From IMG/VR virus record IMGVR_UViG_2713897140_000009, positions 1 through 5,943 of that record: a stretch of 5,943 bases of DNA. One strand, given 5' to 3'. Shown in pieces: positions 1-4,608 of the stretch. Positions within the stretch are counted from its first letter, which is position 1, and the number at the start of each line of letters is the position of its first letter. The notes under the pieces were generated by a model, which made no database searches, was not told where the DNA came from, and worked only from the letters and a program-made list of their open reading frames with translations. The position numbers and the translations under genes were made by a program. This DNA is from a virus. Its lineage: Duplodnaviria > Heunggongvirae > Uroviricota > Caudoviricetes.

Positions 1-20
1 GCCCTGGAAATACCCCACAG

Positions 21-58
21 CCCCGAAAAAGAGCCAGTCAGTTGCTTAACTGACTGGC
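21..58 (-). terminator. Rho-independent terminator-like hairpin
   Basis: Perfect 11-bp stem GCCAGTCAGTT/AACTGACTGGC (33-43/48-58) with loop GCTT; on the minus strand the stem is followed by TCTTTTTC (complement of 24-31). Confidence 0.4.
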
Positions 59-240
59 ATTAACCGTAAGGGTTGGTTTTTTCTTGGCACGAGAGTATTC
101 AAAACGCGCCAATAACTACTTGATTTAATTGAAGTCGAAAATTTTAAGTCAAAAATCGTATAGCTTAACGTGTAGCTAAAAATGTTTGCTGCAAAAGTAT
201 ACAATTTTAACCGTTATGACTCCCTGTTATCCGCTATCAA

Positions 241-408
241 GCTGGTGGATGATCACTGATAACTCGTATGGGAATCCCCATATCGGCATCATGCCCATGC
301 CATAACAAAAACCCCATATTCGTGGGTTTTCTGTGTTGTGGCTATTCTGCCGTTGCCGTGCTGGTGGATATTTCCGGTATGTGGCTCACCATATCGGCAT
401 CATGCCCA
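241..408. repeat. Imperfect ~120-bp tandem duplication: GCTGGTGGAT (241-250, 360-369) each followed by the 20-bp repeat CCATATCGGCATCATGCCCA (278-297, 389-408)
   Basis: Exact 20-bp direct repeat and exact 10-bp direct repeat read directly from the sequence; spacing between the 10-mer and 20-mer differs between copies (27 vs 19 nt). Confidence 0.6.
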
Positions 409-626
409 CCAGCGTGATTGGTTGCTGGTGGGCTGCATCACCATCATGGTGATGATGCAGTGAATGTAAGGATTACTTAGGTTAGGGGCGTAACTCATTG
501 TCATTTTTTGAGCAGACCGGGAATCTCCGGTTTGGTTACTCTGTAACCAAGTCAATTTTATTTACTCTGTTGTGAGGGACTATAAGTTCTGCGCAAATTT
601 CCCCGGTTTCCTCAAATTGAGTTTCT

Positions 627-762
627 CGAAAATATCAGCGGGTTAGCGATTAAGCTGGCGAGTAATTAAACTGCGAAAATTTCGTAGTTTGTGACTATCT
701 GAAAGATAGTCGGTTGTTCCGACCTCAGCCATTGGCGGTCTCCGAAAATATCAACGGGTTAG
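627..762. repeat. Direct repeat pair CGAAAATATCA(G/A)CGGGTTAG (627-645 and 743-762), each containing an IHF-consensus-like core
   Basis: Two 19/20-nt matching copies 116 bp apart. Copy 2 contains TATCAACGGGTTA, matching the IHF consensus WATCAANNNNTTR exactly; copy 1 has one mismatch. Confidence 0.45.
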
Positions 763-768
763 GCCATC

Positions 769-808
769 GTGCAAATTTGCACTCTGCCAGCCAACGCAAT
801 TTTGCGTT
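769..808. promoter_or_regulatory. Two adjacent perfect palindromes with a shared core: GTGCAAATTTGCAC (769-782) and AACGCAATTTTGCGTT (793-808); candidate tandem operator
   Basis: Perfect 14-bp and 16-bp palindromes, centres about 25 bp apart, sharing a GCAA-(A/T-tract)-TTGC core. Two perfect palindromes of this length so close together are unlikely by chance. The binding protein is unknown. Confidence 0.4.
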
Positions 809-1027
809 ATCAGTCCTCAGATTTGAGGGATGTAGCCAGCTTTTCCCCCAATAGGGGGATTATCCAGTTACCGACGGTTTAACCGTCTGTGCCAGCACAA
901 CGAAAGAATTTGCGGGTAGCTTTAAACTACTTACAACATCCAATCTTACAGGCCGTGCCTTTCTAACTTTTTGCAATGTAATAAGTCAGGTAGCGCTATG
1001 CGTTCCACCGTGTACACCGCGTTCCGT

Positions 1028-1052
1028 AAAAACCACAGATTCGTGGTTTTCC
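1028..1052 (-). terminator. Terminator-like hairpin immediately after the Nu1-like ORF
   Basis: Stem AAAACCAC/GTGGTTTT with a 6-nt loop, located 15 nt past the stop at 1067-1069; the U-tract is partly inside the stem, so efficiency is uncertain. Confidence 0.35.
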
Positions 1053-1066
1053 TGAATATCATGAAT

Positions 1067-1451
1067 CTACCGCCGCAACCGTTCCGGCTTCTTCCACTGG
1101 TAAGTATTTTTCATGCTCTCCCTCCGTTGTTGAGAACGGCGACGGTATGCCAGCAACTCAAGGACTCTGGTTCGTATGTTGCGCATATCCACGCCGTTAA
1201 GCTCAATACCGTCACGGCGCATAACCTCAGCAACAACACGCGCATAGTTTTCGGCTGTCACGCTGTCCGGCTGCGTGGCCACCTGTTTGCCTGTTGCCTG
1301 ACTGATTCCGGTAATACGGCGGATTACTTTCAGTAGTTCGGCGTCGGTCATGGTTATGGTCTCCATAGTGATGGGGGAACAATTTCTGTAATCTGCGAAG
1401 CTGGCGATCGGTCAGACTCAAATGCCTGGCAACTTCAGTCTGAGTAGCCAC
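1067..1451 (-). CDS. Nu1-like (small terminase / Rpp-like) HTH protein, apparently frameshifted; would be 127 aa if the C5 run at 1373-1377 were C4
   Basis: GTG start at 1451 preceded by GAGGTG at a 5-6 nt spacing. N-terminus VATQTEVARHLSLTDRQLRRLQKL resembles the Nu1 winged-HTH (MEVNKKQLADIFGASIRTIQNWQ) and sits about 210 nt past cosN, as Nu1 does in lambda. That frame degenerates into low-complexity sequence after about 28 codons, while a protein-like reading frame (track ORF 1067..1366) continues in a different frame. A 1-nt change in the C5 homopolymer joins them. Confidence 0.5.
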
Positions 1452-1526
1452 TGTTCACCTCGCCAAAAAATCTCCCCTCATGCGTTTTAAACATGCATCT
1501 TGCGAACAACTTTATGAAACGCGGCA

Positions 1527-1706
1527 TATATGTCCGGTTTGAGTGTTCAATTTTTGCGCATGTCCGGTTCACGGAAAGTGAATTTTTATATTTTTCAAAT
1601 AGTTAACTCCCAGAAAAACCGGACATGGTTTCCGAAAAATTTTCATAAATAGTGAAATTCTGCGCCGCTCCCGCCCCGTAACGGGTCCATATGCCGGAAA
1701 GGACCC
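1527..1706 (-). other. Lambda-type cos site: cosQ (1694-1706), cosN region (1662-1680), conserved cosN-proximal block (1633-1656), and three ATGTCCGGTT repeats in R-site positions (1530-1539, 1560-1569; inverted copy 1617-1626)
   Basis: Minus strand reads ACGGGTCCTTTCCGG-N14-ACGGGGCGGGAGCGGCGCAGAATTTCACTATTTATGAAAATTTTTCGG, against my recall of lambda ACGGGTCCTTTCCGG-N14-ACGGGGCGGCGACCTCGCGGGTTTTCGCTATTTATGAAAATTTTCCGG. cosQ and the cosQ-cosN spacing are identical; the 12-nt cohesive-end position reads GGGCGGGAGCGG versus lambda GGGCGGCGACCT. The three 10-bp repeats (two direct, one inverted, with an AT-rich spacer) occupy the place of lambda R3/R2/R1 but differ in sequence. Confidence 0.6.
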
Positions 1707-1708
1707 GT

Positions 1709-1731
1709 AAAAAAAGCCGGATTTCTCCGGC
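1709..1731 (-). terminator. Rho-independent terminator of the capsid cassette
   Basis: Minus strand GCCGGAGAAATCCGGC followed by TTTTTTT, starting 5 nt past the stop of the 137-aa ORF. Confidence 0.65.
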
Positions 1732-1736
1732 CTGTC

Positions 1737-2150
1737 TCAGATGGTTTTCAGTATGCGATCGATGTCGCCGTCATCGCCCGGGTTTCTGCCATCGTATGCC
1801 ATGCCAGCTGATACGGCTTTCGGGCTGTGTATGTCCATAAAGTTTTCAAAGGCTGCGGTAAGCTCTGGTGCAACCTTCTGGCGTTCCTGCTCTATGGTCA
1901 TGCTAAGAATGCTTTTAGCCGTACCAACATCGATACAAGGCACGTTTGCCATTGCACGTAACAGCGGCTGATAGTCGCCAGATTCATCAAGCGCCATAAT
2001 CGCATCAGCGCGCGGCTTGTCCTGCTCTTCCAGTTTGTTAAGTTGATATATGGCCTCGTAGGTTGATAACCCTCTGTCAGCCATTGCCCGCGCTTCGGCT
2101 TTAAATTTACTCGCCAGCGGTAGCGCCATGATGCTTTCATTCGTTGCCAT
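1737..2150 (-). CDS. Hypothetical 137-aa protein, last gene of the capsid cassette
   Basis: ATG at 2150 with AGGGGGAA 4-5 nt upstream, starting 13 nt after the gpD-like stop, followed by a terminator. Protein-like composition; I do not recognise the family. Its position and size are similar to lambda FI, but no sequence similarity is seen. Confidence 0.6.
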   Translation of the reverse strand: MATNESIMALPLASKFKAEARAMADRGLSTYEAIYQLNKLEEQDKPRADAIMALDESGDYQPLLRAMANVPCIDVGTAKSILSMTIEQERQKVAPELTAAFENFMDIHSPKAVSAGMAYDGRNPGDDGDIDRILKTI

Positions 2151-2162
2151 CGTTCCCCCTGC

Positions 2163-2498
2163 TTATCGGGCCAGCGGCTGAACGGATACGCCAGAACCCG
2201 TAAAGGCGGCGCATTTTTTCGCATCGGTGTCGACGCTCTCAGGCCAGTTAACGGCGGCAATATTGAATATCCCCGTCTTGTAACACTGTGCTGATTTCTG
2301 CTTTGACGTGTCCACGGGGTACGCCGTCAGATAAACAGCCTTGCCAGATTCCTGACCATCCCACGCCTTAAACTCGCCATTGTCCGCCAGCATCAGCGGG
2401 GTAAATTCCTGAATAACGCCAGCATCAGCGGCAAAATGTACCAGCGTCGTGGCGACCTGCTGACTGCCTGCAAATAACTCAACATATGGAGTGCCCAT
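2163..2498 (-). CDS. Head decoration protein, lambda gpD-like (111 aa)
   Basis: TPLMLADNGEFKAWDG, YKTGIFNIAAVNWPE and KKCAAFTGSGVSV align with lambda gpD TPLMLDTSSRKLVAWDG, YKSGTFRYEDVLWPE and KKRTAFAGTAISIV. Same length class; GGGAGA Shine-Dalgarno 6 nt upstream of the ATG. Confidence 0.85.
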   Translation of the reverse strand: MGTPYVELFAGSQQVATTLVHFAADAGVIQEFTPLMLADNGEFKAWDGQESGKAVYLTAYPVDTSKQKSAQCYKTGIFNIAAVNWPESVDTDAKKCAAFTGSGVSVQPLAR

Positions 2499-2509
2499 AG
2501 AATCTCCCG

Positions 2510-3565
2510 TTAACCAATTTTGACGGTAACAAATTTGCGAATATCTGCCGGAACCGGCTGCGGTGCGCTGTGCGTCTGCACGTACTCAATCGCCGGATCG
2601 CCGTCCTCAATCCAGTTTTTCGGGTAAAACATGTTTTGCGTTGCGCCCGTTCTTACTGCGTCCTGATCCATAATCGCACCATAGGCCACCAGCCCTTTAT
2701 TGTTGGTGTTGCCCAGGACAAGCAAATCAGGCTCAAGGAAATATTTTTCGGTGCCGTCGCTGTCGGCGTATTTGCCGGAATAGACGATAAGGGCAATATC
2801 GCCCAGATAGCCTTTAAAGCTCACCACTTCGCCCAGGTTTTTACACGCCAGCTCTGCGGCGGATTCTGAACCACGGGAAAGATCGTACAGCTCGCGGAAT
2901 TTTTTAAAGCTGCGTAACGTTCGCCATACCTCAGCGCCCATAATCATGACGTTGGCGGGGCAGCTGGCCTGTTCGGCGTATAGCTCGATGTCATCTGTCG
3001 GATCATGCGTCTCTTTATTCTGCTCAGACCATTTTTTTCCTGGCCCCTGATGGACAATGCAGTTTGCCGGCATATTCCAGTCGATTTCATAGCGTTCTAT
3101 GCCTTCGCCTTCAATGATGTTTTTTCCGGTCGTGACCGCATTCACTGCCAGCCATTCCACACGCGCTTTAATGGCGTTTATCTGGCGGCGCATGTTGCCA
3201 GTAATGAGGCGCATACGTCGCCAGGTGGGGTCGTTAAGCTGTGCCGGATCTTCTCCAGCCATGCGCATAATGGTTTTTGATGGATCGATTTCGTGCTTTG
3301 GCTTCATGTAGCCGGGGCGGATAGTGCTTGTTTCGTACCCTTTATCGCGCTGAACCTGGCTACCCACCATAGGCGAACAAAACGCCGACATGGTGACTTC
3401 TTCAATATCCAGGGTATCCAGCATGATGTCCTGCGTGTTGAAGGTCGCCACGTTCGGAAAAAACAGCGACGTAAACAGCGGACTGAATCTAAAATCCGGA
3501 ACATCCTGCCGATTCAGGTACGCGAAAAGCTGGTTAGTGTTAAGAGCCGTTGCTTTACCTGCCAT
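2510..3565 (-). CDS. Major capsid protein, lambda gpE-like (351 aa)
   Basis: Multiple co-linear blocks shared with lambda gpE: FRFSPLFTSLFF vs FKFDPLFLRLFF; PGYMKPKHEIDP vs PGYVKPKHEVNP; DPTDDIELYA vs DPTDDIEAYA; YPKNWIEDGDPA vs YPKNWVTTGDPA; similar length (351 vs 341 aa). Confidence 0.92.
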   Translation of the reverse strand: MAGKATALNTNQLFAYLNRQDVPDFRFSPLFTSLFFPNVATFNTQDIMLDTLDIEEVTMSAFCSPMVGSQVQRDKGYETSTIRPGYMKPKHEIDPSKTIMRMAGEDPAQLNDPTWRRMRLITGNMRRQINAIKARVEWLAVNAVTTGKNIIEGEGIERYEIDWNMPANCIVHQGPGKKWSEQNKETHDPTDDIELYAEQASCPANVMIMGAEVWRTLRSFKKFRELYDLSRGSESAAELACKNLGEVVSFKGYLGDIALIVYSGKYADSDGTEKYFLEPDLLVLGNTNNKGLVAYGAIMDQDAVRTGATQNMFYPKNWIEDGDPAIEYVQTHSAPQPVPADIRKFVTVKIG

Positions 3566-3771
3566 TATTCACCCCCGTGAACCTGATTCATGCCCAACGC
3601 CGCACGTAAATAGGCGCGCACCTGCCAGCCTGTTGACGGCTCAACCATTGCCAGCGGATCAAGTCCTGCCGCAATGCTCGCTTTTACGTTCTGCTGGTGG
3701 CGTTCCTTGAGTGCCTCCACGATGTCGGGGCTTATGTAGACTGTAACCCCACCTTTTTTCTCTTCTGCCAT
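3565..3771 (-). CDS. Small hypothetical protein (68 aa from the ATG at 3771; track ORF extends to 3804), translationally coupled to the capsid gene
   Basis: The ATG at 3771 has AAGAGGAA about 9 nt upstream, whereas the upstream ATG at 3804 has no Shine-Dalgarno. Its TAA stop overlaps the gpE-like ATG (TAATG). Family not recognised. Confidence 0.5.
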   Translation of the reverse strand: MAEEKKGGVTVYISPDIVEALKERHQQNVKASIAAGLDPLAMVEPSTGWQVRAYLRAALGMNQVHGGE

Positions 3772-3804
3772 AGTCAGAAATTCCTCTTTGACGTTAAAAA
3801 TCAT

Positions 3805-3855
3805 AACTGGATGTTCATCCAGTTATGATTATAATCATGATTTCATATTTCGCAA
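3805..3855 (-). promoter_or_regulatory. Candidate sigma70 promoter of the capsid cassette (-35 TTGCGA at 3850-3855, 16-nt spacer, -10 TATAAT at 3828-3833) overlapping two dyad operators
   Basis: A perfect TATAAT lies inside the perfect 14-bp palindrome ATGATTATAATCAT (3825-3838). Immediately downstream is the dyad AACTGGATG-N2-CATCCAGTT (3805-3824). Prediction by eye only. Confidence 0.35.
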
Positions 3856-3930
3856 TAATATCGATCCATGTTGCAAATTATGAAATGATTTCCGGAAACA
3901 GTAGTCACCATGCTGTTAACCTCATATATG

Positions 3931-3974
3931 AAAAAGCCCGCTAAGTTTGCCTCCTGTACTTATCGGGCTTTTTT
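3931..3974. terminator. Bidirectional terminator-like hairpin (A5 - interrupted 10-bp stem - T6)
   Basis: AAAAAGCCCGCTAAGT...ACTTATCGGGCTTTTTT: stem flanked by an A-run on one side and a T-run on the other, so it could terminate on either strand. Confidence 0.35.
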
Positions 3975-4020
3975 ATCTGCCTGCAAAGGTGTCGAACAAA
4001 AAAACAATCAAAATCGACAC

Positions 4021-4064
4021 CATAAAAATAAAACCACTGTAATATCAATCCATTACAGTAGTGG
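4021..4064 (-). terminator. Terminator-like hairpin (second in tandem after the SSB gene)
   Basis: 8-bp stem ACTGTAAT/ATTACAGT (4036-4043/4052-4059) with an 8-nt loop; on the minus strand it is followed by TTTTATTTTTAT. Confidence 0.35.
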
Positions 4065-4101
4065 TGATGACGAATGAAATTTCAAAAACTAGCCTTTTTC
4101 C

Positions 4102-4145
4102 GCGCCGCTCCCGCCCCGTGGCAGGTCACTACACCGGGAGGACCC
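4102..4145 (-). other. Second cosQ/cosN-like segment, lacking the ATGTCCGGTT R-repeats
   Basis: The 18-mer GCGCCGCTCCCGCCCCGT (4102-4119) is identical to 1662-1679. It is followed after the same 14-nt spacing by a slightly degenerate cosQ (minus strand GGGTCCTCCCGG, 4134-4145). The surrounding ~75 bp is about 80% identical to 1660-1735. Confidence 0.45.
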
Positions 4146-4147
4146 AT

Positions 4148-4169
4148 AAAAAAGCCGGATTGCTCCGGC
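4148..4169 (-). terminator. Rho-independent terminator after the SSB gene
   Basis: Minus strand GCCGGAGCAATCCGGC followed by TTTTTT; a paralog of the terminator at 1709-1731. Confidence 0.6.
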
Positions 4170-4185
4170 TTCTGTTACTCGTTGC

Positions 4186-4608
4186 TTAAAACGGTATGTT
4201 ATCCCCGTACGGATCATCATTTCCCGCCTGTTGTTTTGCTCTGCTCAGTGCATCAGCAGCCTGCCCCTGTTGGCCTTTTTTGCCGCCCGGTCGCGCCGTT
4301 CTCGCACTGATTACGCTGTCTGCGATAACCTGCCAGCCCTGCCGCATTTCCCCGTTCTGTCCGGTCCACTGGCTCACCTGCATGTTACCCGCCACGCTCA
4401 GGGGTTCACCCTTGCGGTGCTTTGCCAGTGCTTCGGCCTGTCTGCCAAACGCCAGGACGGATAACCACATCGTCGCCGTTCCGTCATCGGCCTGGCTGCA
4501 CGGCAGGGGAACCGCCATACTCGCCATCGCCATTTGTGTCCCTTTGCTGGTGGTCTTTAACTGCGGGTCAGCCACCAGCCGCCCGTAAGCTGCTATCTGT
4601 GCTGTCAT
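4186..4608 (-). CDS. ssb: Single-stranded DNA-binding protein (SSB-like, 140 aa) with a C-terminal acidic IPF tail
   Basis: FGRQAEALAKHRKGEPLSVAGNMQVSQWTGQNGEMRQGWQVIA aligns with E. coli SSB [43 protein letters not shown]. Gly/Gln-rich linker and C-terminal DDPYGDNIPF (E. coli DDDIPF). Its ATG overlaps the upstream stop (ATGA). Confidence 0.75.
   Translation of the reverse strand: MTAQIAAYGRLVADPQLKTTSKGTQMAMASMAVPLPCSQADDGTATMWLSVLAFGRQAEALAKHRKGEPLSVAGNMQVSQWTGQNGEMRQGWQVIADSVISARTARPGGKKGQQGQAADALSRAKQQAGNDDPYGDNIPF

Noticed and set aside
1-100. tRNA or tmRNA 3' end as an integration target
   Set aside because: No T-arm/acceptor-like GGTTCGAATCC...CCA signature; the hairpin at 33-58 is a simple perfect stem-loop more consistent with a terminator.
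418-480. His-operon-like leader peptide (TTG...HHHHGDD)
   Set aside because: Only four His codons, TTG start without an RBS, and the His codons arise from a palindromic hairpin sequence; more likely a DNA/RNA structure than an attenuator.
971-1336. Plus-strand 121-aa ORF (TTG start)
   Set aside because: Antisense to the Nu1-like ORF, Cys/His-rich atypical composition, no convincing RBS; the minus strand carries the HTH homology and a good Shine-Dalgarno.
1741-3710. Plus-strand ORFs 1741..1971, 2570..2869, 3005..3280, 3099..3311, 3293..3580, 3390..3710 and out-of-frame minus-strand ORFs 1898..2260 and 3304..3504
   Set aside because: All lie inside or opposite the gpE-like, gpD-like and 137-aa genes, whose homology and coupled starts explain the coding signal; these are shadow ORFs.
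3771-3804. Upstream ATG at 3804 as the start of the small ORF (79 aa)
   Set aside because: No Shine-Dalgarno upstream and it lies within the operator dyad; the ATG at 3771 has AAGAGGAA at a good spacing.
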